Shown here: positions 48,730-61,100 of the stretch, in pieces
Position numbering within the stretch: the first letter of the stretch is position 1
Layout of the letters: every line of letters starts with the position of its first letter
NCBI GenBank assembly: GCA_010093745.1
Contig: MU005968.1
Span: 186,001-250,000 of the forward strand
From: Piedraia hortae CBS 480.64
Taxonomy: Eukaryota
DNA: 64,000 bases
Direction: 5' to 3'
Program-made: the position numbers and the translations under genes
The notes under the pieces: model-generated
What the model saw: the letters and a program-made list of their open reading frames with translations, nothing else
Told to the model about the DNA's origin: nothing
Databases searched by the model: none

Positions 48730-50170
48730 GATTCGGGGTGCGGTAAGGATTTTGTATACTTTTGATGATGATGATTGGGGGGATTTTAGGATTTCCCAGG
48801 TGGGAGTGTACGTATGTAAGCAAGCGAGGAAGGTAGTGTGTATGCTCATTGCTAGGGATGGGTTTTTTTGGAGCCAAAGATTTTAGTGGGTAATGAGCGT
48901 TTAGTGAGCAGCTATCCACTGAAGCTGGAGTCTACTCACTTGCTGCTACCCACTAAATTATGTAGACTCGTTTTTTGGGGGGGGGTGTGGTGAATGTGGC
49001 TTTTGGAAGTGAATCACTCATAATGGTGTTTAGACTTCCCCAACCACGATCTGCCGATGTTCGACTGGGAGATTCCAGTCGTCGTCGATTCCCACTGGAA
49101 ATCGACGAGGGTACGGTGTGATCTCGAGGTTTTGTCTAATGTGGCTCCATCTACTGAGGTCGAACGGCAAGGATCTGCTCTCAAACCTTAGTGTCAACGT
49201 CATCTTTTCTAAGACAAAATGGATCGTAGATGGGTGGGTTGTAAGATGTTTGTTGGAATGGACCTATGCATCCCATTTTATCGTAATGAAAAGAAGGAGG
49301 GTTGGCTTGGTTTAGGCACTTGAGATAGGAGGGCTGTGAATCTGCTCGTTTGGTTGTCTCGTACCCTTGGTGTGCGAGCTGGTGGGAAGCGGTGATATTT
49401 TGGGGGGGTGATGGTTTGGATCTGTTGAGTTCCTCAGGTGAGAGGGTTGTGGATATGCTCGTTAGAAACTGGTTTTACTGCCAGGTCATGTGGATGGTGG
49501 TGATAATCAAGGTGTTGAGTGGTGACCTTCCGTGGTTAGGTATGGCTTTCATGTGGTTCCGACAGCCTTTTCAATTTCTGATGTACCGGGAATTGTAAAG
49601 TGCATTTTCTGCGGACCATTGATTAGCTGAAGTAAAAAAAGACGATGGAACCTGCAATAGCTAGATGGCTCGAAATGAGCAGTCAAGAATGCTTTCCTTA
49701 CTTCAATACACCCACGAAGAAATCATCCTCATCATCAGGTTTGATTTAATACTCTACAATCATATCCTTCACACACGTATAATATCAGTTTAACTTTCCG
49801 ATTAGTGACACCCCTTGCCGGTCTTGCCGGTCTAGCGGAAAACATTATGAAATGGGCGAAGTATGAGGACTGTAGCTCTGCAGAGTGGAAGGAAGATCTC
49901 GCGAGCGGGGCGCGCGAGAAAGGCGTTAGGGTGCAAATGATGAGAGAAAGGCGGGGTGAGCTTGAGAAGTTTTGTCTGTGGGTGGTTTTGGAGTACGCTG
50001 GGGAGTTGGAGGTTGAGATTGATTGATTAGTTTTGTATACAGTTCGCACTTGTTCCCCAGCGTCATTAGGGGTCGACAACTGCGCCCATATTTTCCAACT
50101 CTCCCTAGCTATCCACTAACTACTACAAGAAGGCTCTGCGATGCCCCAGGTTGGTCTGCGACACTTTTAC

Positions 50171-50487
50171 TGTGGGACGGTAAACCCTCTCATGCAGTAC
50201 ACAGCCAGGTCGCCTCTGCCAGTATGGATTGAGGTCGAGGCTTCTCATGGTTTTTACCTCTCTGAAGGAAGTTTCCCCTGGGACGGTCATCGTCTCGTTC
50301 ATGTTCATGATGTTTCGATGACGTTGTCCTGGCGAATACGGCTAGACTGAGATAGAGTGGCGAAGGTTTCTCCGACTTCAATTCATAGATATTGACATCT
50401 ACAACCACCTCTTGATCAGAGTTGAGTGCACACATTTGTCTTTGATCTACGTTCCACTTTAGTCCTCGGAGGGTCACCCATTCGACA
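50171..50487. mobile_element. Solo LTR, family C
   Basis: TG...CGACA termini with TSD tttac / tctac (one C/T difference); colinear with about 51850..52160. Confidence 0.75.
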
Positions 50488-50489
50488 TC

Positions 50490-51700
50490 TACAGTTGAAG
50501 GGAACGAACTGATAGTGTGAGTACACTAAGACGTGAATAATTTTATCATTATATATACTGCATACATGAGGGGACGTTGTTCATGGTCATCACGTGACAC
50601 ATCCTTCAACTCACCCCCTTGTTGCGTGTGACCTGGAGTGCATTTGCCATGCAAATGTCAATGACGGCCTGAATGAACTCAGGGAAAACTCTTTTGGCGA
50701 AAACCTGGGAAACTCCAAGACGCATTGGCAGCCACCCCCTCAATGCGCGGCATCACTCGCCTCACCCTCTTGTCGCGCCATTGTTCCGTCTTCTATCGCT
50801 TCGGTGCAGTCTTGGACTCCAGCTGCACACCAAAACTTAGTGAACTTGATGTGATTGAGTGCTTTGTTTGACGCGTCGGTGACTTGTTTGTCGGGTGAGA
50901 TCCATTCCACCAAAACATCTCCACAAGCGGACCTTTCGCATACGAAGTGTCACCATACATCGACATGCCTAGTCCTGCCGTCATACGCAGCATCTTCGTC
51001 TTGGCAGACCAAGTTTATGGCTGGTTTATTGTCCTCAAACAGTGTAACCGGCTTGATATCTCCAGTGTACTTTAGTTTTTCCAGTAAACGCGCCACTGTG
51101 ATAGCCTCCTTGGCCACTATACTGAGGGTACAGTATTCGGACTCTGTAGAAGACAGAGTGATCAGTGGTAGCCGCCCGGATTTCCAGGCGATGGGCCCCG
51201 GCGAGCATGAAGGTGTATGCGCTTGAGGAGCGACGTGTGTCTACGTCGTCTGCATGTGAAGTATTCGCATAGTCCTTCAGGCCGAGTTCGTCTGTTCCAT
51301 TTCCTCGGAACACAATGCCGTATCTTGCAGTGCCATCAAGATATCGTACGATACGCTTGGCTGCGCCGAGGTATGCGTCGTTTGGCTTGTGTACGTACCT
51401 CGACAACTTCCCGACCGCGAACGCAATATCCGGGAGATTTTGCGTTGCGAGCCACATTAGCTTACCCATTAGTGATTGATAACGATGTTTCAGGTTGGCC
51501 GGCGGGGTGTAATCCTCGCCTGCTTCTGCTTTTGCTGCCCTCAGCTCTTCCCTTGGGCCGAGCGATATTTCGGACTCGTCATCGTTATCCATGTGGTAAG
51601 CGTCTACTGTCTGTGTCACGAAGGCGTCTTGAACCATGTTGACTTGTTGCTTCGCTCAATCGTGCAAAATCCTGCACCCAAGGTAAAGACTTACGTCTCC
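50490..51700 (-). mobile_element. Ty1/copia retrotransposon 3' remnant: RT C-terminus/RNase H, PPT and 3' LTR
   Basis: YQSLMGKLMWLA..PDIAFAVGKLSRY..P...AAKRIVRYL.GT...D.DTRRS.S.Y.F.LAG, frameshifted. A purine tract gagggggtgg (minus strand, about 50732-50741) lies just before a TG at 50730. Confidence 0.88.
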
Positions 51701-51850
51701 AAGGGATTGCAGATGGAACTGCTGACCAAGTAAGTTGGCAGTGTGCTGGATCTTTTCGACTGTTGACGCGGCGATAAGTATATCGTCTACGTATATCACA
51801 ATTAGCGTGCCCGCACCATCGCGTAGCAAACAAGTGTCACTCCATAGAGG

Positions 51851-52160
51851 TGTTGTCAGAAGGAGGTGGCACCCACCATGACCAGAACTATAGATAGAAG
51901 TCGAAACTTCTCAAGGTTTTTACCTCTATAGAGGAAGTGTTCCTAGAGACGGGTTATTGTCTCGTTCATGCTTAAGGGTATGGTTCGCTGACGTTGTCCT
52001 GGCAAATGCGGTTAGACTGAGGTAATGTGGGGGAGGTTTCGAAGCTCACCTCATAGAGATAGACATCTACATTTCACCTTTTTCAGTAAAAGTTGAGTGA
52101 AAGCTTTTGTCATTGATATCCACTCCACTCTAGTCCTTGGAGGTTCACCCCCCTCCGACA
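51851..52160. mobile_element. LTR, family C copy 2 (left edge approximate)
   Basis: Shares ggtttttacctct..ggaagt, tgacgttgtcctggc, gacatctaca and the ..ggagg.tcaccc..cgaca terminus with 50171..50487. No TSD found. Confidence 0.7.
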
Positions 52161-53699
52161 GCCCTCATCTCGGCGAGGTTGTCACCATCCTCGACATCAT
52201 CGACGTCCTCAACATAATCTACATGATTTTGGCATTGCCAATGTGGCCGAGATCGTCGCTTATCTCATCATCAGCAAGATCCTCGTCAACAGAGTGGTCG
52301 TTGTCCTCGTAATCCTTGTCAGCCTCGCCATCAACATCACCAAATTCTTCATAAGAGTAGTGAGTATTGGCAGTTGGCCTAATCAGATGCGGTATCAGAT
52401 TAGAGGCGTACATAGCTCTCGATAAGTGATTGATCATACCTTTCGGCTGTGATGCGTACGCGCTTGAGGCTTGGCACAGATTGGGCTCCTTTGACCAGTG
52501 GTCTCTTGCCTCCGGGACCGCCCCTGACACCGCCCCTTCCGCGACCTTTCCCTCGGCCTCTCACACCGCCACTGCCTCCGTGCCACACGTTCGGTCTTGT
52601 GTTGGTGTCACGGGGAAACTTGGCTGGACACACTACTGGTCTTACAACTTTGTTGTACCTTAGATAGGAACTGTGGACAGGAAGGACGTGAGGTGTAGAG
52701 GGCGGAATAGTTCCGTGACAGTTGGACATCTTGTGACAGTCTTGGTGTGTTTTTGCGAGGGAGCAAAGGAACCAGCGATGGATATCCGCAACGCGACAAC
52801 CGTCCAATCTGGCCGGAGTCAACTATAAACAGAGAAGCGACCCATGCCGCTGCCTTCCATGCGAACTATCGATAACTTCAAGCAACTCAATTAGAACGTC
52901 TAATTTCTTCACCATACAGAATGCTTTCCAAACGACGTAGACCCAAACTTCCGCCAAGCAACTGCCCACTCTTTCATGAAAAGGGCACTCATCCCACGCT
53001 GACCACTCGGGACAAAGTTTTTGGGGAAAATCTTGAAAGTAAGAAGCACTTGGAAAATGAACAGGACAAGCAGACAAAAGATCCCGAGCTTTACCAGGAG
53101 TACTTGGATTTTGCTGAAAGGTATAATGCCGAAGGCGTTCGAAGAGTGGTCAGAGACAAAAGAGCAGTGGAAGCTGCAGAGGCTGCCGCAAGAATTGCGG
53201 AGCAAGTGGCGTCAGCCGCAGCACAGGGTTCTTCATGGGCGATAACCCATGCGGATACAGCGAACGATCTTGAAGAACTTGGCGCTGCGTACGCAGTAGA
53301 TCAGCATTTTGAAGATGAAAGTGGTGTCAGTGCAAATCAGATGAATCCTGAGCATAGCGACGAAGTTTGCAGTTCCTTCAACGGCGAGTGTACCGACAAT
53401 CAGATTGACGATAATGGGACATGTGAAGATCCGGGGGGGGGGATGATGATGAATGCGAAGTTTTCATGTCATCCAACGCTTCTGACAATGGAATAACACT
53501 TGAAGAATATACTGAGGTTGAAGCGGAACCTATTCTTGAGGAATTGCCTAAGTTAATTGACGCATTCCCTCGGTATGAGCCTGACTGACCTCAATTCAAA
53601 GCGATTACGGAGACGGTCCGAATTCTTCAATTTTCGTGGCTCCTGAGCCCGTGAGGGTTTCTCAGCCGAGTAATCCCTAGTTTCCTTTCCCCTCGGAGG

Positions 53700-56000
53700 A
53701 GTTCCTGCGGCTCTTTGTGTTCCAACATAACCATAGTCATTTGATAAGTGACAGTATAATGTCCACTGTCCTAGACCTCATTCTTGACATCTTGGCGATG
53801 GACCACTCCGTTGAGATCCCCTCGCTGAAGGTTCTGAAAAAGTTTCGGGACTGCCACAGCCGAAGGTGGAGAAGAGAAAAACCGCAGAAAACAAACCTTT
53901 TCATCAAATCAGCATACCTGACATCGTCAGGATGCAGGCTGCGAGTGACTCGTGTAAGTCACTTGCTCAGCTTCCACAGGTGGTGGACTCTCGAAGCAGC
54001 CCGACCACGACCGATCTGAAAAGACAGATAGTATGTATGAGTGAGAACGATGGATGGAAAGTAGAGATGTGTTTTTATGAGTGAATACAAGTATATCTTC
54101 GAGGGAACATCAGAGAATATATTCTGGGCTGGAAGGCCCGTGCGTAGCCTCGTATGAAGAGTCATCAATTGTATGACCATAAGCAAGTGGTCATACATGC
54201 AGTAAGACTGTGAGCATGCAGTCTTACTCCATAACTCACCTCATAACAGTAGCAGGGCGCATTCACCATGTCGCATGCGACATGACCCTGAGGGAAACTG
54301 TGAGGACAAAGCCTAGGGTGCAGCTGCTGGTGTAAGAGGTGTCGCGCAGTGGCATCGTACACTGATAGCAACGAGACTTCATGCCAACACGATCTAATCC
54401 AGAGCAATCGTTGCTCTGAAGTTTGGCATGCAAAGAAGTGCAGGTGGGAGCCTCGCTTGCTCCGCCCGATGGAAACTCTGGCCTTCCAGGGTCAAGAAGT
54501 TGAAGTTTGGCTCGGCGATATTCTGCAGCTTTTGCCTGGTGATTCTGCAGAATTCGCCATGTTCTATGACCGTGAAATACGCGGGAATACTAGTGTCGTA
54601 CGTGCAATGAAATTGCGTGGGTCCATCGACCAAAGCGTGCGACGTCTTACCTTCATCATCAGAACTTTAAACGGCTTCCCAGATGTCGCAGAAGATACGA
54701 TCCTATGGGTGCCAGAGTACACAATTCTCAACGCTTTTCCCGCGTCTGATGTCAGTCTGGTAGCAGAAAATGCGGAACGCCTGGTTCCAGGGTTCGTGGA
54801 ATTCATAACGAAACCACATTCTGCTCGAGCCTTTGTCACGAAACATGGAGCTGGAGTCTCCCAATTCAACATCAATTTCTGGACGGATGGCACAAGCGCT
54901 ACAGCCACCTCCAAATGGAACCCTCTGGAGGTTTGGTCACTTACCTTTTCCGAGAAGCCACGTGCAGTGAGTACTATCCTGCATTCGCAACCAATGCGGT
55001 ACGGTCACTAATGCCTTTCAAGGAAAATTTCCATACCTCCACCAACCATTTCGTGGTTGTTGGGGCAAGGATGAAGGGCAATACCATGATCGATAGCCTC
55101 ACTCCTGAGTTCGTCCGGTTCCAACGGGGAATCAAAGCTTTTGTGATCCTCGGCGTAAGAGAGCGCAGGTCGTCTTTGGAGAGGTTACCATGGCTCTCGC
55201 AGACATTCCTGCAGCTTCTGGTGTGATCTCCCATCAGCACACGAGTAACTGCTCTTGCCGCAATTGCTTGTTCAACAAAGCAAGTGTTACGTCGTGGCAA
55301 GATGTGGCTTCGGCGGCAGCACCCAGATCCAAAGAGTACTCTCGGGCACTTGAGAGAAGTGAAAATGGCATTACGCCACCAATGTCCTCACTATACCATT
55401 TGGAAGGATTTGATCCGCACAGGATATCCCATTTGAAATATTGCATGGTGTGCCACTGGGGTTTGTCAGAAGCCTCTGGCACCAGTCGTTGGATGACCCG
55501 ACGATTAAGTCAGACTTTGAGGAGTTGGCTCTCTGCGTAGCCTCATCAAGCCGGGATGGGATGAACAGTTTTCTGGACGCGCAACAGATCCTGCTTTGGA
55601 GCAAATCCTTTGTGGGCTCGGATTTTTGGGCTTTGATTGAGATCCGGTCGGCAACGTTGGTGTCCTTCTATTCCTCAAGGGTACGAACGGTTCCGGTCCG
55701 TAGGCTCCTGCTGCTGTGGTGCGTCGCAGCCCTTCTTGAGGAATTTTGTACAACCACATTGGAAGACCAGCATGGCACCTTTGGGTTTCCTCTGTTGGCC
55801 TCTCGTGAGCGATTCACAACAGTGCCCGTGGGCTCGATCTCCAATGTCCTAAACGTGCAACAATTCTGCACTGTGGATTGCCGAAAAGTTTGGGTGCCTA
55901 ACGCAACCAGAAGAGAACGGGAAATCGTTGAAGGATTTGCTTGGAGGCACTCCACAGACGGCGTGTATGAAATCGCTGGATCGAAAACATCCACATGCTA
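53700..56000 (+). pseudogene. Decayed DNA transposase, CMC/EnSpm- or Plavaka-like (boundaries approximate; ORF 52921..53496 may be part of the element)
   Basis: Ordered motifs across frameshifts: SEVWHAKK..EPRL..PM, NFWTDGTSATATSKWN (compare DDxSGNxSKKWN), LADIPAAS..SH...CRNC, GFDPH, HGVPLGFVRSLW and SFVGSDF. Confidence 0.68.
54017..54389. mobile_element. Solo LTR, family B, nested in the transposase
   Basis: TG...CCAACA with a perfect 5-bp TSD CGATC (54012-54016 and 54390-54394). Confidence 0.93.
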
Positions 56001-56328
56001 ACGCATGATACTTGATCCTGCTGGGCTATCTGAGATTAATATATACAAGATATTTGTAAGGGGATTTAGTATTTCTGAATTTTCCGGTGGAGAATGTACT
56101 TTTGGTAAAACGGCCGTGTTCTCTTTTGATATTATATCTGTATGTGCTTGACTTGCCAATAGCCTTGATATGTTCGCGACATTTCCGAGATTAGTTACCC
56201 AATCGCCGCATGATGCTGCGTCACGCAACTTACCCCGCATGACGCAGCATCATGCCGGGATTTTGGCTGTGTATAACAAACAGCCACCTCAAACCTAGTT
56301 CTCCGAAAGCCTGGCCCTCACCACCTTA

Positions 56329-57285
56329 ATGGCAGAAGATATCATCTACCGCGTCCGCGTTCGTGTCCCGGAGAACGAACTCCTCCCTCTCCACGAAGCG
56401 TCCTTCTCCCCTTCACCAAATCTGAAGGAAAATTGGCTCCTGAGCCTAAGCAAGATAGTATGGATGAAAGAGCGCCGCTCAAACGTATTGATCGCGCGTC
56501 CGTGGGACTTCGTGTTAAACCTTAACGGTATGGTTGACTCTCTACCCGTAACGCAACGCAGCGATGAAACAAATGGGCAATACCCACCAGCCTATCGCCT
56601 GCCCCTATCCACCCTATCCATAGACACACCCATAGAAGAAAAACTGTACAGACAGGAGCGCTTCGCGTTCGGATCACTCTGCTACGAAATTGTCAGGGAG
56701 AGTGCTCCCTACACCAACCTCCCTGGACTGGTTATTCAGTCTCAATTTGCGGTGGGTGAATTTCCGGATGATGTTAAACTTCTGCCCGACGCACTGTTTG
56801 TGAGCGTCCTTGCATTTTGGAGCCTTGAGTTCGCCAGGACGATGGGCCTTGACGATGAGATGGAAGCTCTCGTTCGCTCTCAACCAGGGCGGTTTGAGGC
56901 TTTGTATGGCAATGTTGCTGCTTATGCAGCTCGGAATCCCGTGAGGTTCAGTCTGCAGGCCCTAGGTGGTGTTACGGCAATCACATGCTTCGCGGCTCCG
57001 GCTATGCTGGGAGTGGTGGGATTTGGGGCTCTGGGCCCCGTTGCAGGATCAATTGCAGCAGGATGGCAGTCTTCGATAGGAGCGGTGCAGGCTGGAAGTT
57101 TTTTTGCCGCATGTCAGAGTCTGGCGATGGGAGGGACAGTGGCGGAAACTGTGTCAGCTGCCGGAATGGTGGGTTTGGGCGTTGCAGGTGCTGCGGCGTT
57201 TACTGGGGGTGATGATGAGAAGAATGGTGTCGATAAGGAAGAGGTGTGGGATAAGTTTCGAGAGGTCTACAAGAAGGTAGATTGA
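56329..57285 (+). CDS. Kinase-C-lobe-like region fused to an IFI6/ISG12-like Gly/Ala-rich hydrophobic domain
   Basis: ERFAFGSLCYEI....PY..L....QSQF..GEFPD resembles kinase subdomains IX-X, but no HRD or DFG motif is present. It is followed by GFGALGPVAGSIAAGWQSSIGAVQAGSFFAACQSLAMGG. Confidence 0.72.
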   Translation: MAEDIIYRVRVRVPENELLPLHEASFSPSPNLKENWLLSLSKIVWMKERRSNVLIARPWDFVLNLNGMVDSLPVTQRSDETNGQYPPAYRLPLSTLSIDTPIEEKLYRQERFAFGSLCYEIVRESAPYTNLPGLVIQSQFAVGEFPDDVKLLPDALFVSVLAFWSLEFARTMGLDDEMEALVRSQPGRFEALYGNVAAYAARNPVRFSLQALGGVTAITCFAAPAMLGVVGFGALGPVAGSIAAGWQSSIGAVQAGSFFAACQSLAMGGTVAETVSAAGMVGLGVAGAAAFTGGDDEKNGVDKEEVWDKFREVYKKVD

Positions 57286-58248
57286 ACGTAGTTCTCGCTC
57301 AAATGTCGTTTGCTTAGACGGGATCAGCCTGTTCATCAACACCTTCTACCAGAACAGATACAAGAGGAAGATGCACGGGAATCGATCGCTCACTTCTCCA
57401 AGTACTAGCTCGAGATGGAAGTTGTACCATACCACCAGCTTCCAAACGCCCTTATCAGAATTCCTCTGTAAATCTGTCGATGACTCTTGCAACCTTACCT
57501 CCGTCCTGAAACAGGCTCCTGGTTTGTCTCGACGGCCTAGGAATCTATTTGTGAGCAATACCCGTCCGCAAATTTTTGGAAGCCGTAGCAGATTATGGTT
57601 CATCTTCTGCTAGGAAAGAGAGCCATGGTGGTGTCCGAAGTCCACTCAGAACCTTTCCCTCCAGTGCCCTTGTACTGGTTGCAAATCTCTGAAAATATCT
57701 CTTTCTTAACACATTACCATCTCAAATTGCAAGAGCTTATGATGTCCCACTCTCGCGGTGCGAAGCTCATTCGCTTATACCCGTGAATCAGGACCTGAAA
57801 GCGAATATATTCGAGGTGGTTCTCGAAGCTGTCCATTGCAGGGGACACATCTTTAAACTCATTAAGAGCATCTTGGGCGTGCTTTGGACGACCCCCAAGG
57901 CCATTTCGTCCCGAGGGGGCCGAACCACTTGACGCAGAGTTCGTTCCGATTGTTGCCCTTGTGTCCAATAACGAGCTCCATTAGGTGGAATTCAGCCGAA
58001 AATAACTGATTAACATTTGCATGGGCATGAGCATGGGCTTGAGCGTAGGACTCGTCAGGCCGTCATGTACTCCTTGATAATGTCAAATCCCTCGTATTTC
58101 TCTTCCTTTTCCAGGGAAGAGATGTTAGCCCCAGCAGCAACACTTCGGTCCTTGAAGACGAGTATTCCAAATGGCAGGATGAGGTGGCGCTATAAGCCAA
58201 CAGGAACTCATCGTGGATCGATGATCCCCGGCGATGAATTGTGCATGT

Positions 58249-58610
58249 TGTAGAGATTTGGCTCTCGTGGGTGAGAGTGCACAGCGACCCGAAGAGGACG
58301 GAGCGATAGACGGAATCAGGGACAGGAAAGATGTAGATGTATGTGAGTCAAATACCAGTTGCATTATGGTAGTGTGAATGACTATTGTTTTTAATGAGGG
58401 GACGTTCAGAATGAAAATTCTGTAACGGTGGGCCGGTGACGTCACGTCGTACACTAGCGGGGCGCATTCACCATGTCACATATGACATGACCCTGAGGGA
58501 AAACCTCTGTGAGGGAAAAACCTAGGGTGCAGCTGGTAGTGTAGGAGGTATCGCTGACTTGCTATGCAAGTGCCCTGCATACGCGCTAGCGGCGATGCTT
58601 GAATCCAATA
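58249..58610. mobile_element. Solo LTR, family A
   Basis: TGTAG...CCAATA (terminal CA changed to TA) with a perfect TSD CATGT (58244-58248 and 58611-58615). Confidence 0.93.
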
Positions 58611-60900
58611 CATGTCAGAATGTAGTTGAAAGTGCATTTGAGGACTGTACAGGTTCCAAGTCTGGTCGGATCGGCTCAAATCCGTTGGAGTGCGGAGCGA
58701 TGGACAGGTTTTGTTGGGGGCGCATAGTCATGTCCATGATGTTGTCGAACTGCAGTGGTCACCTCTCGGAACATTTGGTAAAAAGCCTTTGTGTGCTGTA
58801 ATGTACAGATGTATGTGCTGATGGTATTTCGCTTCTCAACATCCCACAAATTCTTCTAAAGAATAAAAGCAGTGTCGTTATGAAGTTGCTGGTTGCCTCG
58901 CGGAACTTGGATAGCATGGGCAAAGTCATGGTTGGTAAAGCCACGTGCCCTGCATTGCTAATTTCATTCGGCGGAACTGGTCAATTTTAAGAAACCTTGC
59001 AAGGTTTGAAGAGACTTCTGCAAATAGGTAGTGATGCGGAAATGGATAAGCACCTCCACTCAATCGTTGCCTCGGCTGAGAAACACTGCTGTTGGCAGTA
59101 TTGAGAACGCTTTATACTCTTTGGAACGGTAAGTACGACGGAGTCCTCGCTACTTTTTCCCATGCGAATATATATTGTGAGATGGGATGTTGATAATGGA
59201 ATTGCGTCTTCGTCAGGGATTTCAGGTTAACCAGGGCCAAGTCAGTGCCTTCAATTTTCAGCTCCTAGGTCAAACTCTTTTATACAACTCCAGCCGTTTG
59301 ATTGTGGGTACAGTATTACACCTTGCTATGGAAGTATGTCTCAGGAAGTGGGCACTCGTATAAGGAGGACTGCAGAGTTTCGCACAGCTTTGAAGCCCGT
59401 AGTGGTCCGATTTGCCACGACCATGAGTCAAAGAATTTCCGTCTGATGAAGCAGTCAGATGTGCAATCCCGGACTATGGCTTCCTCAATGGCCGCAAATA
59501 GAACCAGAGCCTGATCTCAGACACCGACAATCAATTAGTTGCATTGCTTATCGGGGGCAAACAGATTCAATCTCCGATAAAGAACACAAAGATCAGACGC
59601 ACAGGCACCTCAAACAACAAGTTCTCATGTGAATATGCACCAACATTTAATTTGCCCACTTGGCCCATGGTTCATTCTTGCATACAGCACGACAAGCCGT
59701 GTGCACATGATTACTTGCCATCAAACCGTACCAAACACAGTCCCCTTGTCCCGGAAACTTCATATACTCACCAAGTAACCCTCAATTTTCTCATCAGAGT
59801 ATATACAGATCATTCAAACCCAAGCACAGCAAAATCGACCCACCAAAACAAGTATCAGCTAGGACAACTAGTCAGCAGCAAGGTCAACGACACATAAGAA
59901 CGAGTACGCAATGTAGGGCTCGGTCTTTCCCGTATTCCAGAAACTTTCAATCCCAATAATGCCATTCTTATTTCCCCAACGCGGTATATACAAGTCAACA
60001 AATCTTCGATACCCATTATATGGACATACATCCCGGAGATAGAGATTGACGAGGACTTATTGCTGAGGTATCAGCTTTTACAACTGCAGAAGCTCACGGC
60101 TCCAGGTACACTGGATGACTCTAGCCAACGGCCAAGGCTGTTAACGCCTAACGCCATCATCGAGACGGAAATTGAGGAGGGTGTCGCCGCTAGGGAGATG
60201 GTCATATACCTCGAGGTTTAGCTCGCATCCAGGCGTTTTGGTCCCTGGGCTTGGTGGAGAAACGCATCGTCGCCCAAATGAGTGTTAAAGGTGGAGGTAC
60301 AAGCCTTAATGTCAGCACCCCGACGAGCCCAGGGCCAAGCGGTTAAACTCTCTTCCAAGCGTGCACGAGAAGACGATTGAAAATGGCCGTGCGGAATCAA
60401 CCGGGCCATGCCAGCTTTTTTATGCGAAAGGAAGTGCATGAACGCGTCGGGGCGGAAGCCAAACTGATGGAGATGGAGTGCTCCGGAAGCTGCATTGTCC
60501 CAGACCCGAACGAAAATACTAAGCGACGGTGACGAAGTCGGAGACATTACCAAAACCTCAGTCAGGCTGGTTGTGATGCCCAAGCCCGAGCTTCTTACAG
60601 TACCCCACCGTCTGGCCGAAATCGAGACTACATCTTCCGCACGTTGGAACCCGTCCTTCTGGAGGAGTGTCTAAGAACCAGTCAGGACACAAATGAAGTC
60701 GAACGATGAAGATTTGGCGGTGTCACCCGTTCTTACGCAATTGTAAGAAGTAACACGAGCCTTCAACTTACATTTACACGCGGAGAGGCCAAAGCATTTG
60801 ATCCCAGGCCCAAACTTAAATGAAATTGCACATAGTCGACCCCATTGACAGGGCGATGCCAGGAGCGGCTGAAAGGCGTACCCCCCAGAACGTCAGCATC

Positions 60901-61100
60901 TGTCAGATACCTGCTGTAGGTAGATAGGGCGCCAGTCCTCCCAGGGTTTTTTACCTCACAGAGGATGTTTCCCCTGGGACGTGGTTGCACGTCACTGTAC
61001 GTCATCACGGCGAATGTGGTTCGGGTTGTGCCGGAATGTGGGGCAGTCTTGGCGCACAAGTCTTCTTCTCACTTCCTTATTCTTAAAAGTAACGATATAA
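60901..61100. mobile_element. LTR-like fragment (right edge unresolved)
   Basis: Begins tgtcaga, contains the shared ggttttttacctcacagaggatgtttcccctggg core, and matches 36596..36680 in inverted orientation. Confidence 0.55.

Noticed and set aside
50171..52160. Intact copia element bounded by the two family-C LTRs
   Set aside because: The left LTR has its own TSD, the copia fragment has its own PPT and different 3' LTR, and the two C copies are diverged; these are independent insertions.
59900..60800. Possible HNH-type or other gene relic
   Set aside because: Only a vague short resemblance (DLLLRYQL); not enough to support a call.
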